Part shown: piece by piece, positions 8,582 through 17,092 of the stretch
How the letters are laid out: every line of letters begins with the position of its first letter
Position numbering within the stretch: the first letter of the stretch is position 1
NCBI GenBank assembly: GCA_041689715.1
Contig: JBDNFQ010000213.1
Location: forward strand, 1 to 38,902
DNA: 38,902 nt
Reading direction: 5' to 3'
From: Bacteroidia bacterium
GTDB lineage: Bacteria; Bacteroidota; Bacteroidia; NS11-12g; UBA9320
The notes under the pieces: generated by a model
What the model was told of the DNA's origin: nothing
What the model saw: only the letters and a program-made list of their open reading frames with translations
The model's database searches: none
Program-made: the position numbers and the translations under genes

Positions 8582-9013
8582 TCACTCTTCTTTCTTCAAT
8601 AAATTCTTCGAGAAGCAATTTGCATAATTGCGGGTAGTTTTCTTGCTTAACATGGAGCGTGCAATGAACGAACAATATTCGATTTCTCCTTTTGGATTCA
8701 CATAGAACTTATGCATTAGAGCTACTGCATCCTCGTTAGTCCTGAAATCAAATTTTTTCTGTCCTATAAAACTTGCAAGCTCACGGTTTATTGAGTTTAT
8801 TTCCTGTTTAAACTCCTCATATTTTGTGCTATCATCGTTCTCACTTCTGCAATTGGTATAGTGGTTAACTACTCCTGTTTTATTCAGGTAAAGTGTATCT
8901 TTAGTAGTATCAAGATTAAACACCTTTTGACTTTTTTGTGCAAAAACAGTAAAACTAGAAACAACGAAAAGGATAGCTAATGCGATTAGAAGATCAAGGT
9001 ATGAAGACTCCAA
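8582..9013 (-). CDS. Hypothetical secreted or membrane-anchored protein, possibly frameshifted near its 3' end
   Basis: 143-aa ORF with a TTG start and an N-terminal hydrophobic signal or anchor (LLIALAILFVVSSFTVFAQ). The overlapping ORF 8490..8675 in another frame reads more protein-like than the tail of this ORF. Confidence 0.5.
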   Translation of the reverse strand: MESSYLDLLIALAILFVVSSFTVFAQKSQKVFNLDTTKDTLYLNKTGVVNHYTNCRSENDDSTKYEEFKQEINSINRELASFIGQKKFDFRTNEDAVALMHKFYVNPKGEIEYCSFIARSMLSKKTTRNYANCFSKNLLKKEE

Positions 9014-9069
9014 ACTGCAATTAGTAAGCTCAATTGGATGTACAATTTAACCTTTTTGGTGCTTGGCCC

Positions 9070-10974
9070 TTACCCTTCGTACTCACTCAATACTAGCCAC
9101 CGATCACTCTTCGTGGTAATTTCGTGTAGTACTTTCCCTAATCTTTCGCTTGCTTTAGCTACGACGTAAAAGTCGGTCGAATTGGCTACTAACTCTGCTT
9201 CTAATGTACCTTTTTCTTCTTCCAAGTTTTCGAGTTCCTTTTCCAGGTTGTCAAATTCGTACTTCTCTTTAAAACTCAATTTATTTTTAGAAGCTTCTCC
9301 CGCATTCCTATCTGGATTTGGCTTTTCTGCTAAAGTTATTGCTTCTTGTTTGGCTGCTTTCTTTTGTTTTTTAGCAAAGTTTTCTTGATCTACTCTATAC
9401 TCTGTGTAGCTGCCATTGAAGTCTCTAATTATGCCTTGTCCTTCGAATACAAATATGTGCTCCACTATACGGTCTAAGAAATACCTGTCGTGACTCACTA
9501 GCAGTATACATCCGCCAAAATCGGCTAAAAAGGATTCCAACTTATTAAGCGTAAGAATATCTAAATCATTGGTAGGCTCATCTAGTATCAGAAAGTTGGG
9601 GTTCTGCATTAAAACAGTAAGTAGGTATAGCCGTCGTTTCTCTCCGCCACTTAGCTTATCTACAAGCTGGTTTTGCATTTTAGGTGGAAAGAGAAAGAGG
9701 TTGAGCATCTGACTGGCAGTTACTTTAGATCCATCTGCTAGAGTTATTACTTCTGCTACATCTTTTAGAACATCGATTACACGCTTTTGTGGTTTCAGGT
9801 TTTTCATACCTTCTTGGCTGTAGTAACCAAAAACAATAGTATCTCCACGATTAATTTTGCCACTGTCTGGTTGCTCCAGATCCATAATCATATTCAGAAA
9901 TGTGGACTTACCACATCCATTTTTTCCAACTATTCCTATGCGTTCTCCTTTTTTGAATGTGTAGTCAAATCCTTTAAGAATTATGGTATCATCATATGCT
10001 TTGTAAACCTTTTTAAGTTCCAGTATCTTACTGCCTATACGCGACATTTTTACAGATAACTCTAGGTCTTGTGTTTTCTTGCCACTTTTAGCCTTAGCTT
10101 CTATGTCATAGAAAGAGGATATACGGGACTTGCTTTTAGTAGTACGAGCTTTTGGGCTTCGTCTCATCCAATCGAGCTCCGTTTTCATAAGCTGTTGGGC
10201 TTTGCCTATCTCAGCTGTTTGTGCAGCCTCCATCTCAGCTTTCTTTTCTAAGAAATACGCGTAGTTGCCACTATAATTTTGCAATCTACCATCTGTCATT
10301 TCTATTATTTGGTTACAAACAGAGTCTAAAAAATATCTATCGTGGCTCACCATCAATATACTCATGTTAGAGTTGCTCAGATAATTCTCTAGCCACTCTA
10401 TCATGTCTAGGTCTAGGTGATTGGTAGGCTCATCGAGCATCAGCAAATCTGGATTTTGGAGTATGGCTAGACTGATAGCAAGACGTTTCTTCTGTCCACC
10501 ACTGAGTAAACTGATCTGCTGGTCATAGTTGGTTATCGTGAAACGAGTTAGCAGTTCCTTCAGTTTTCGCTCAAAATCCCATGCGTCGGCTTCGTCCATA
10601 GCCGCTGACGCATTTTCAAAGGCTCGCTGCGTATCTGTATTGTAATCGGCAGTTTGTGCTTCTAGAGACGCCTCATAAGCACGTATGGTCGCCATTATAT
10701 GTGTGCTGCTATTATCTATTAACTCTTGTATAGTGCCTTCTTCAAATACGGGTTCCTGAGGCAAGTAGGCAGACCGTATTCCTTTTCGTAAGCGTACTAT
10801 GCCGTTATCTGGCTCATCTACTTGTGCTAGTATTTTGAGAAGAGAACTTTTTCCAGTTCCATTATTAGCGACTAGTGCTATTTTATCTCCTTTGTTTATG
10901 CTGATGTCTAAGTTTTGAAAGAGTATTCTCTCCCCTAGATCTTTGCTCAGATTTTCGCCGTTTAGGTAGTTCAT
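9070..10974 (-). CDS. ABC-F family ATPase (two ABC cassettes plus C-terminal coiled coil, Uup/YbiT-like translation factor class)
   Basis: Two Walker A motifs (NGTGKSSLL, GKNGCGKSTFL). Two ABC signatures (LSGGQKKRLAI, LSGGEKRRLYL). Two Walker B motifs (LLMLDEPTNHLD, FLILDEPTNDLD). K/E-rich C-terminal tail. I set the start at the ATG at 10974 (MNYLNGENL...) because the longer ORF version would run through the terminator hairpin at 10999-11035. Confidence 0.9.
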   Translation of the reverse strand: MNYLNGENLSKDLGERILFQNLDISINKGDKIALVANNGTGKSSLLKILAQVDEPDNGIVRLRKGIRSAYLPQEPVFEEGTIQELIDNSSTHIMATIRAYEASLEAQTADYNTDTQRAFENASAAMDEADAWDFERKLKELLTRFTITNYDQQISLLSGGQKKRLAISLAILQNPDLLMLDEPTNHLDLDMIEWLENYLSNSNMSILMVSHDRYFLDSVCNQIIEMTDGRLQNYSGNYAYFLEKKAEMEAAQTAEIGKAQQLMKTELDWMRRSPKARTTKSKSRISSFYDIEAKAKSGKKTQDLELSVKMSRIGSKILELKKVYKAYDDTIILKGFDYTFKKGERIGIVGKNGCGKSTFLNMIMDLEQPDSGKINRGDTIVFGYYSQEGMKNLKPQKRVIDVLKDVAEVITLADGSKVTASQMLNLFLFPPKMQNQLVDKLSGGEKRRLYLLTVLMQNPNFLILDEPTNDLDILTLNKLESFLADFGGCILLVSHDRYFLDRIVEHIFVFEGQGIIRDFNGSYTEYRVDQENFAKKQKKAAKQEAITLAEKPNPDRNAGEASKNKLSFKEKYEFDNLEKELENLEEEKGTLEAELVANSTDFYVVAKASERLGKVLHEITTKSDRWLVLSEYEG

Positions 10975-10998
10975 TAAAGGCGGTAAAGGTAGCTGAAT

Positions 10999-11035
10999 AA
11001 AAAAATGCTCACAACTTAAGGTTGAGAGCATTTTT
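10999..11035 (-). terminator. Rho-independent terminator downstream of the DUF3108 gene
   Basis: AAAAATGCTC (11001-11010) pairs perfectly with GAGCATTTTT (11026-11035). An inner CAAC/GTTG extension is also present. On the minus strand the hairpin is followed by a U7 run. Confidence 0.7.
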
Positions 11036-11056
11036 CGAATGGTCTTAGGCGATATT

Positions 11057-11851
11057 TTATCGCTTACTACTAAAGTCATTTCTCAAACCAGTGGCTTTGG
11101 TAATATCTATTTTCACAGATCCTACATAGATATTTGCTTGTACTCTAATGGGTATTTTATTGTCATCTGCACTTACCCATATGGTCATATCATTCTCGTC
11201 TTTGAACACTCGGTCTACTACCAATTGTGGTCTTAGTTTATAGCATTCTATCTTACCTAGGTCAGTCTTTATAGTCTCTTTCCCTATGTACTTAAACTTA
11301 AGGTCGTATATCTCTTGGTCTAGGTAAATATTAATAGGAAAACTTTGTCCTGTGGCTGCATTTTGGAAATCAATAGTGCGTGCATAGTAGATGGAACTTA
11401 CTATATCTTGCAGGTATGCAGGCATATCCATATCTTTTTTTTTGCCTTTCAGCTTTTTCTTATCGTGGTCATAGAATACCAAGTCTTCGTCTCGGTAGTT
11501 ATCTTCCTCTACCTTTTTCCAATATTTTAATGGAGCTACACTCTGGCTGTCTATATAGCTTACAAAATGATCTCTCACTTTAAAGGCCCAATCGAAAGAG
11601 CGAAAGGTTTTACCGTAGGCACTTACTTGGTAGGTAGATCTTCCATTTACCTTAATAGGCTTTTCTGCAATGTTTACATCTACACTAGCAGCATTTATCC
11701 AGCCGTAGTGTACTCTGTATTTGAGCTGCTCACCATACGTGAAAGCTTCATTACTCTGCTTACGCAAATCATCATATTGATCTGTTTCGTTAGTATATGC
11801 ACTACCTACTATTAGAATAAATGCAAGTGTTATTAATTTTATGGTGTTCAT
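11057..11851 (-). CDS. DUF3108 domain-containing protein (secreted)
   Basis: 264 aa. Signal peptide (LITLAFILIVGSAYT). The pattern LKYRVHYGWINAASVDVNI...Y.V.A.GKT...FDW.FKVRD is typical of DUF3108 proteins. Confidence 0.7.
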   Translation of the reverse strand: MNTIKLITLAFILIVGSAYTNETDQYDDLRKQSNEAFTYGEQLKYRVHYGWINAASVDVNIAEKPIKVNGRSTYQVSAYGKTFRSFDWAFKVRDHFVSYIDSQSVAPLKYWKKVEEDNYRDEDLVFYDHDKKKLKGKKKDMDMPAYLQDIVSSIYYARTIDFQNAATGQSFPINIYLDQEIYDLKFKYIGKETIKTDLGKIECYKLRPQLVVDRVFKDENDMTIWVSADDNKIPIRVQANIYVGSVKIDITKATGLRNDFSSKR

Positions 11852-11912
11852 ATCTCTTGGCTTCTATCTGTACTAGTTCCATTTTTGTGCCAAATGGTGT
11901 TCTGCTATGATA

Positions 11913-11954
11913 AATCATTACAAAGTTGCTTATTTGCAGCTAATTGTAATGATT
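11913..11954. repeat. Perfect 11-bp inverted repeat (AATCATTACAA N20 TTGTAATGATT) ending 5 nt before the ATG of the 11960 gene; candidate operator or 5' stem-loop
   Basis: Arm 11913-11923 is the exact reverse complement of arm 11944-11954. It lies in the divergent intergenic region between 11851 and 11960. Confidence 0.5.
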
Positions 11955-11959
11955 AATTA

Positions 11960-13084
11960 ATGTTTTTAAGACAAATTTTCCTGTTGAGTTGCTTGACTTT
12001 TATGTGTAATATTATATACGGTCAGTACGAGAATTCATTCTTCGACCACGACAAATACGAGAAGACTTTAGACTCTAGTCACCTAAAATTTCATTTTGAT
12101 AATCTCAGTTATTTCAGAAATGCTGAGTACCTATCGAGAGTAGATAAGGGGTCCACGTACATTGGGTTTCAGGCTATGCCATATGTTCAGTATTCTTTTA
12201 ATGAGAAAGCTCAGATCTACGGAGGTTTTAATCTAAGGTACGATTTTGGTAATCCGGCTATTCAAAGTATTGAGCCCTATTTTAAGTTTACATATGATGA
12301 TGTGCTGCACCATAATATTGTTTTTGGCAGCTTGAATGGCACACTACAGCATAAAATGTTAGAGCCACTCTATGATTATGAAAAAGCAATAACGGACAGG
12401 TTTGAGCAAGGATTACAAATAAGTAAGCCGGGTAAATATCTCACCTATGATGCCTGGATAGATTGGCATGATATGATATACGACAATGATCCTAAAAATG
12501 AGCGATTTGTCGCAGGATACAATGTTTACCTCAATCCTATTAGCACAGAAAAGAATAAGCTAAGCCTCAATGCACAAGGGATAACCGTGCACAGTGCTGG
12601 CGAAATCGATATAAATAGCTCACCAAATTCAGTAGAGTATAATTTTGCTTACGGACTGGAATACACTCACTTCTTTAGTGAATACACTAATTTATTTATA
12701 AGTGGACATGCTGCTTTTTATGAAGATAGAAGCGATGACAAAGTTCATGGTATTATAGATGGGGTAGGGCAGCTTGGAGTGCTAAGGCTTACACACAAGG
12801 AGTATCAGTTTGTAGTCAACTACTGGGATAGTCACCAGTTCCAGGGGCCGTGGGGCGAGCAGCTATATCACTCTACTGGCAATAAGAGTTTCCCTATAAT
12901 GTATGACTATCGTAAAATGGTAGGAGCACGACTGGGCTATGAAGTTACTATTGGCAAAAATCTTGTGTTTTTGAACAGGCTAGGATTAAATTATAATGTA
13001 CATCCTAATAAGCTAGATGTAACTATGGAAAACTACCTGCGTTGGCACTTTTCTACTAAGAAAAAGAAAGTTACGCTGGATTAA
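11960..13084 (+). CDS. Hypothetical outer-membrane beta-barrel-like protein
   Basis: 374 aa. Signal peptide (LLSCLTFMCNIIYGQ). The body is rich in alternating aromatic/hydrophilic strands (YNFAYGLEYTHFF, LGYEVTIGKNLVFLNRLGLNYN). I recognise no family. Confidence 0.55.
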   Translation: MFLRQIFLLSCLTFMCNIIYGQYENSFFDHDKYEKTLDSSHLKFHFDNLSYFRNAEYLSRVDKGSTYIGFQAMPYVQYSFNEKAQIYGGFNLRYDFGNPAIQSIEPYFKFTYDDVLHHNIVFGSLNGTLQHKMLEPLYDYEKAITDRFEQGLQISKPGKYLTYDAWIDWHDMIYDNDPKNERFVAGYNVYLNPISTEKNKLSLNAQGITVHSAGEIDINSSPNSVEYNFAYGLEYTHFFSEYTNLFISGHAAFYEDRSDDKVHGIIDGVGQLGVLRLTHKEYQFVVNYWDSHQFQGPWGEQLYHSTGNKSFPIMYDYRKMVGARLGYEVTIGKNLVFLNRLGLNYNVHPNKLDVTMENYLRWHFSTKKKKVTLD

Positions 13085-13255
13085 AGTTGAGTTGTAAGTC
13101 TTTGTTATCCCTAGCAGAGTTGGATTTTCCGCAGTAGGAAAGGGTAAACAAAATATTTTAATACTAAGTTACTAAGAGCAAGTGGCTCCAAATATTCAGT
13201 CTAGAGGGAGTAAGTTTATAATATGCTCCGTAAATTTAAGAAAGTTCATTAAGAT

Positions 13256-13401
13256 TTCATCTTCGATAAAAAAGGATTCAGAGTGAAGCGTGGAATCTCC
13301 TTTTTACTATTAGTAAGAATCGTCATTCCAAAGCAAAGCTTGGAATCTACGTGATTCGTCAAATAAGGTCTTCATCTTCGATGAAAAAGGGGGATTCAGA
13401 G
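13256..13401. repeat. REP-like intergenic repeat pair (TTCATCTTCGAT[A/G]AAAAA-GG..GATTCAGAG) flanking a CATTCC..GGAATC-type hairpin
   Basis: Copy 1 is at 13256-13283 and copy 2 at 13371-13401. The ATTCCAA (13325-13331) / TTGGAAT (13340-13346) hairpin lies between them. Each copy is followed by an imperfect hairpin plus a T-run. Confidence 0.65.
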
Positions 13402-13553
13402 GATTAAACAAGTTGTTCCTTCTTTGTCCTGAATGTTTTTTGAGTGAAAAGAGAAAATTTATCGAAGGGTGGACTAACTAAGGATACTTAAAGACAGTTC
13501 AATACAAAACATAACTATTGTAATAGTGGCCATACGCTTACCGTGATTTCTGT

Positions 13554-13721
13554 CTAATTATACGTAAAAACAGGTTCGTTTTGTGATACAACTTCCCTTT
13601 TAGTCATAAGGGTATAGCCAATTATTACGCCTATTATACTACCTAAAATAGCAAGTGTATAACCAATAAAGACAAGGCCGAATTGGTGCTTCTTTGGGAA
13701 AGTTTGATTGCTAGGACTCAC
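13554..13721 (-). CDS. Candidate 55-aa single-pass membrane protein downstream of selD (GTG start)
   Basis: Hand translation gives VSPSNQTFPKKHQFGLVFIGYTLAILGSIIGVIIGYTLMTKREVVSQNEPVFTYN*. The Gly-zipper-like TM helix is convincing. There is no ATG start, it is below the ORF-track cutoff, and its 3' part overlaps a dispersed 13-mer repeat. Confidence 0.3.
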   Translation of the reverse strand: MSPSNQTFPKKHQFGLVFIGYTLAILGSIIGVIIGYTLMTKREVVSQNEPVFTYN

Positions 13722-13741
13722 TTAGTATCCGAAGATACTAA
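13722..13741 (-). other. 8-bp stem with UUCG tetraloop hairpin between selD and the small TM ORF
   Basis: TTAGTATC-CGAA-GATACTAA on the plus strand, which gives a UUCG loop on the minus-strand RNA. The U-run precedes rather than follows the hairpin, so it is not a canonical terminator. Confidence 0.4.
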
Positions 13742-13780
13742 AAAAGATAGGGATCTAAATGGAAGAAGTTTGCGTATTTG

Positions 13781-14812
13781 CTACGCCACATATATTAAAA
13801 ACTCGTCTTGCTCTGTCAGTTCGCCGAATGGTTGGGCATCGATTCCATTTGATTTTAATAGACTTTCTACCTCAGCGGCGGAGTCTGGTTCTACAGCTAT
13901 AAGGAGACCTCCACTCGTTTGTGGGTCGCATAGGATATCACGGTATGATGCATTAGCTAGTTTTACTTTTTCACCATAACTGTCCCAGTTTCTAGTGGTT
14001 CCGCCAGGTACACACTTCTGCTCTAGATAATATCCTACTTCATCAAAAATGGGAATTTCCTTATAGTTCAGTTTTGCAGATAATTGGCTGCCCTCGCATA
14101 TCTCTGTCAGGTGACCCAGAAGTCCAAATCCAGTAACATCGGTCATAGCGGTAATACCTTTTATGCCAGCTAGTTGTTGACCTATTTTATTTAGCTTAGA
14201 CATAGAATCAGGAGCTATATGCTCATGTTCTGCTAGCAGCTTACCTTGTTTTTGAGCAGTGGTGAATATACCAACACCTATTGGCTTAGTTAGGTACAGT
14301 TTACATCCTTTTGTAGCGGTGTTATTTTGTTTCAGGTTAGCTATATCTACACGGCCGGTTACAGCTAAGCCGAAGATAGGCTCAGGACTATCTATACTAT
14401 GTCCACCTGCTAGCATAATGCCCGCTTCTGCACACGAAGCACGACCACCTTCTAGTACTTGCTGGGCTACTTCTGGCGGAAGCTTATCTATAGGCCAGCC
14501 TAGTATTGCAATAGCTAATAATGGCGTTCCTCCCATTGCGTATATGTCACTTATGGCATTGGTAGCAGCTATTTTTCCGAAGGTAAATGGATCGTCTACT
14601 ATTGGCATAAAGAAGTCAGTAGTACTTATCACAGCAGATCCGTCACCCAAATCATAAACAGCTGCATCATCTCTACTATCATTGCCCACTAGTAGGTTTT
14701 TATCCGTATTGGCTGGCGTACTTGTTTTTAGCATCTTACCCAGCACCTTTGGCGATATTTTGCATCCGCATCCGGCACCGTGACTATATTGTGTTAGTTT
14801 TATTTCTTTCAT
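13781..14812 (-). CDS. selD: Selenide, water dikinase SelD (selenophosphate synthetase), Cys-type
   Basis: 343 aa. N-terminal [16 protein letters not shown] motif (Cys, not Sec, at the catalytic position). AIR-synthase-like fold motifs (DDAAVY, TTDFF.P.VDDP..FG.IAA.NA.SD..AMGG.P). Confidence 0.95.
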   Translation of the reverse strand: MKEIKLTQYSHGAGCGCKISPKVLGKMLKTSTPANTDKNLLVGNDSRDDAAVYDLGDGSAVISTTDFFMPIVDDPFTFGKIAATNAISDIYAMGGTPLLAIAILGWPIDKLPPEVAQQVLEGGRASCAEAGIMLAGGHSIDSPEPIFGLAVTGRVDIANLKQNNTATKGCKLYLTKPIGVGIFTTAQKQGKLLAEHEHIAPDSMSKLNKIGQQLAGIKGITAMTDVTGFGLLGHLTEICEGSQLSAKLNYKEIPIFDEVGYYLEQKCVPGGTTRNWDSYGEKVKLANASYRDILCDPQTSGGLLIAVEPDSAAEVESLLKSNGIDAQPFGELTEQDEFLIYVA

Positions 14813-15825
14813 AAGTTCAGCTTTTCCAGTGCCAGAGCATTCTCGTAGTGGTTTGTATTGTTTCGCAAGATAGTGGTTACGGTGCGAGTAGCTTCTCTAT
14901 TTTTCCCTTTAGCATAAAGCTTATCGTAGTAAACAAGTGAAAGTAAAGCTACTTCGTAGTATTTTTTTTCTGAAAGTAATTCTAAAGCCAAATTTACCTT
15001 TTCTAAACCCAGTCTTTTAGATAGTTTTAGTATAGATTCAGCTAGTAGATGATCCCCTACTTGAGTGTATTCTTGGACTAAGTGTATAGCTCTCTTTTCT
15101 GCGGGTACATCTATGAAGATTAAGTTTGTGGCTCTCATTTGTGTATGAATAGGCTGCGGTACATTCACAGTGCCTATACTGTAGCTTTCGTCCTCTATCC
15201 AGATAGCCCGAGTTCTATCCAGTTTACTTATTTCTTGATGCAGGTCATTACTAAACTGCTCAGATGTCGGTTGAGGTTGTTCCCCTATCCCACCAAATGC
15301 AGAACCCTTGTGATGGGCAAGACCTTCTAAATCAATAACTTGATGCCCGAGTTTTTTTAATTCACTCAGGATATACGTTTTCCCACTGCCAGTGTAGCCG
15401 CCAAGTAGTCTGATTTCGATTGGCATAGCTAGTCTTTCTAGCACATAGCTTCTGTATGCTTTGTATCCTCCATTGATCACACTCAGTTTCCCAAAATCAT
15501 TATCTGACAGATGCTTAGCAAAAGATTGACTTCTCATTCCGCCTCGCCAGCAGTGGATTATGGCAGAGCCTTCTGGTGCTGCTTTTGTAGAATTATGTAT
15601 AAAATTAACTAGCTTAGGATTTACGAGTGCAGTCCCTAGTTCTATAGCTGCTTCTTTAGATACTTGCTTGTACGTGGTCCCTACTTGTATTCGCTCTTCG
15701 TCAGAAAATAAAGGAATATTGATAGCATTTGGGATATGGCCTTGCTGGTACTCTTTTGGTGAGCGGACATCAATTATGGGCCTAGTGCTGGATAGTGCTT
15801 CCGATATATTGATGTTATCAACCAT
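14809..15825 (-). CDS. selU: tRNA 2-selenouridine synthase (SelU/MnmH/YbbB)
   Basis: Rhodanese domain with active-site loop [11 protein letters not shown]-loop GGYTGSGKT. Its TGA stop overlaps the selD ATG (ATGA). The first ATG is at 15825 (MVDNINISE...). The ORF-track start at 15840 is a TTG. Confidence 0.9.
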   Translation of the reverse strand: MVDNINISEALSSTRPIIDVRSPKEYQQGHIPNAINIPLFSDEERIQVGTTYKQVSKEAAIELGTALVNPKLVNFIHNSTKAAPEGSAIIHCWRGGMRSQSFAKHLSDNDFGKLSVINGGYKAYRSYVLERLAMPIEIRLLGGYTGSGKTYILSELKKLGHQVIDLEGLAHHKGSAFGGIGEQPQPTSEQFSNDLHQEISKLDRTRAIWIEDESYSIGTVNVPQPIHTQMRATNLIFIDVPAEKRAIHLVQEYTQVGDHLLAESILKLSKRLGLEKVNLALELLSEKKYYEVALLSLVYYDKLYAKGKNREATRTVTTILRNNTNHYENALALEKLNL

Positions 15826-15948
15826 GTTGTAGTTATACAAACCCTTAAAACTTATTTAGGTTCAAGGTTAAGCAATGTTTATCTATTGTATTAGAAAGTT
15901 GGGATATTCATGAAAAGAAGAAGTTATTCTAAGATGCTCGTATAAAGA

Positions 15949-16074
15949 TCACCTATTTGGGCAATCGCAATTCTTTGAAGGGCCTTTGTGACGATATCTT
16001 TTTTTAGACTTGCAGCTATCAAAAATGAGTGTTAGAGTAAGACCAAGAAGTAGTATAGCAAATGTTTTTTTCAT
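15949..16074 (-). CDS. Candidate 41-aa small lipoprotein (MKKTFAILLLGLTLTLIFDSCKSKKRYRHKGPSKNCDCPNR)
   Basis: Hand-translated ORF with ATG at 16074 and TGA at 15949-15951. Classic signal peptide plus lipobox (IFDS-C). Basic mature peptide with a C-terminal CDCP motif. It is below the ORF-track cutoff. Confidence 0.5.
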   Translation of the reverse strand: MKKTFAILLLGLTLTLIFDSCKSKKRYRHKGPSKNCDCPNR

Positions 16075-16114
16075 GCTTGTGTACGAAAGTAAAACGTAAC
16101 TACCGATGAGTTAG

Positions 16115-16122
16115 TACATTTG
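16115..16122 (+). promoter_or_regulatory. Bacteroidota-type -7 promoter box TACATTTG (TAnnTTTG) upstream of the DUF368 gene
   Basis: Perfect match to TAnnTTTG, ending 10 nt before the ATG at 16133. This implies a very short leader, as is common in Bacteroidota. Confidence 0.4.
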
Positions 16123-16132
16123 CCCATATTTT

Positions 16133-17092
16133 ATGAAAGAAACTATCTATACCATGCTAAAAGGTGCTGCTATGGGAGTAGCAGAGGTAATTCCTGGAGT
16201 CTCAGGAGGTACACTCGCTTTTATCACGGGAATCTACGAGAGACTACTAAATGCTATCAGTAATATCAATCTAGGCTTAATTAAAACTTGGAAAGAAGAA
16301 GGTTTTAAAAGTGTGTGGCAAAAGATAGATGGCTTGTTTCTCACTAAGCTATTGGCTGGCATGGCTATTGGTTTCTTAGTGGGACTCAAAATTATTGTGA
16401 AACTTCTAGAGACTCATCCTATTCTTATATGGAGTTTCTTTTTTGGGTTAATACTGGCGTCTATTCCTATGATAGCTAAAGAGGTAAAAAAATGGGGCGG
16501 TCTTGAGATAGCACTTCTGATACTTGGGGCTGCATTGGTATATTGGATTACTATAGCTGCACCTTCTCAAGGGAGCGAACATTTGGCTATGGTGTTTTTG
16601 GGAGGAGTGCTAGGGGTTTCTGCTCTTATGCTTCCTGGTTTGTCTGGTAGTTTTGTGTTACTATTACTGGGTATGTACACCATTATTATGCCTGCAATAG
16701 AAGAATTTACACACCATCCTTTTGGTCCTGAGACGACTATTATAGTCGTTTTCGCTCTTGGTATGCTAGTTGGTTTACTCAGTTTTGCTAAGGTACTCAC
16801 TCTCGCTTTTAAGAAATATCCTAACCCTACTATGGCTTTGCTTACGGGTTTTTTAATAGGCTCACTTAATAAAGTATGGCCGTGGCAGCATGTCATCGAA
16901 ATACGTTTAAACAGTAAAGGAAAAGAGGTGGTACTTTTTTCTGAAAGCGTTTTGCCATCTACATTCTCAGAGTTACCTGCTGATAATTTTTTATACGGTA
17001 ACGTTCCTAATATTATACCTGCTATTGCTATAATGGTAGCTGGTATTGCTCTTATTTATTTGATGAATAAATTTAGTGTAAAAGAAGTATGA
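16133..17092 (+). CDS. DUF368 family polytopic membrane protein (family recently implicated in undecaprenyl-phosphate translocation)
   Basis: 319 aa with multiple TM helices. Duplicated family motif (AEVIPGVSGGTLAFITGIYERL and LMLPGLSGSFVLLLLGMY). Confidence 0.85.
   Translation: MKETIYTMLKGAAMGVAEVIPGVSGGTLAFITGIYERLLNAISNINLGLIKTWKEEGFKSVWQKIDGLFLTKLLAGMAIGFLVGLKIIVKLLETHPILIWSFFFGLILASIPMIAKEVKKWGGLEIALLILGAALVYWITIAAPSQGSEHLAMVFLGGVLGVSALMLPGLSGSFVLLLLGMYTIIMPAIEEFTHHPFGPETTIIVVFALGMLVGLLSFAKVLTLAFKKYPNPTMALLTGFLIGSLNKVWPWQHVIEIRLNSKGKEVVLFSESVLPSTFSELPADNFLYGNVPNIIPAIAIMVAGIALIYLMNKFSVKEV

Noticed and set aside
10975-11079. The long N-terminal extension of the ABC-F ORF (start at 11079), and similar extended starts at 15840, 20123, 29293 and 17826.
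   Set aside because: The ABC-F extension would run through a strong terminator hairpin and overlap the upstream gene. In the other cases the extended start is a TTG, or it adds residues ahead of a canonical family N-terminus or signal peptide. Internal ATG starts fit better.
11435-11443. Homopolymer tracts as phase-variation switches: T9 here within the DUF3108 gene, and A8 at about 38186-38193 within the partial T9SS gene.
   Set aside because: The tracts are short and encode Lys or Phe runs expected in AT-rich coding DNA. There is no evidence of an alternative frame or of variation within a single sequence.
4812-15825. A 'selenium island' formed by selO, selD and selU.
   Set aside because: Bacterial SelO is a Cys-containing AMPylase named after its eukaryotic selenoprotein homolog and has no known role in selenium metabolism. 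It lies about 7 kb from selU-selD, separated by unrelated genes on both strands. Only selU-selD form a genuine selenium unit.
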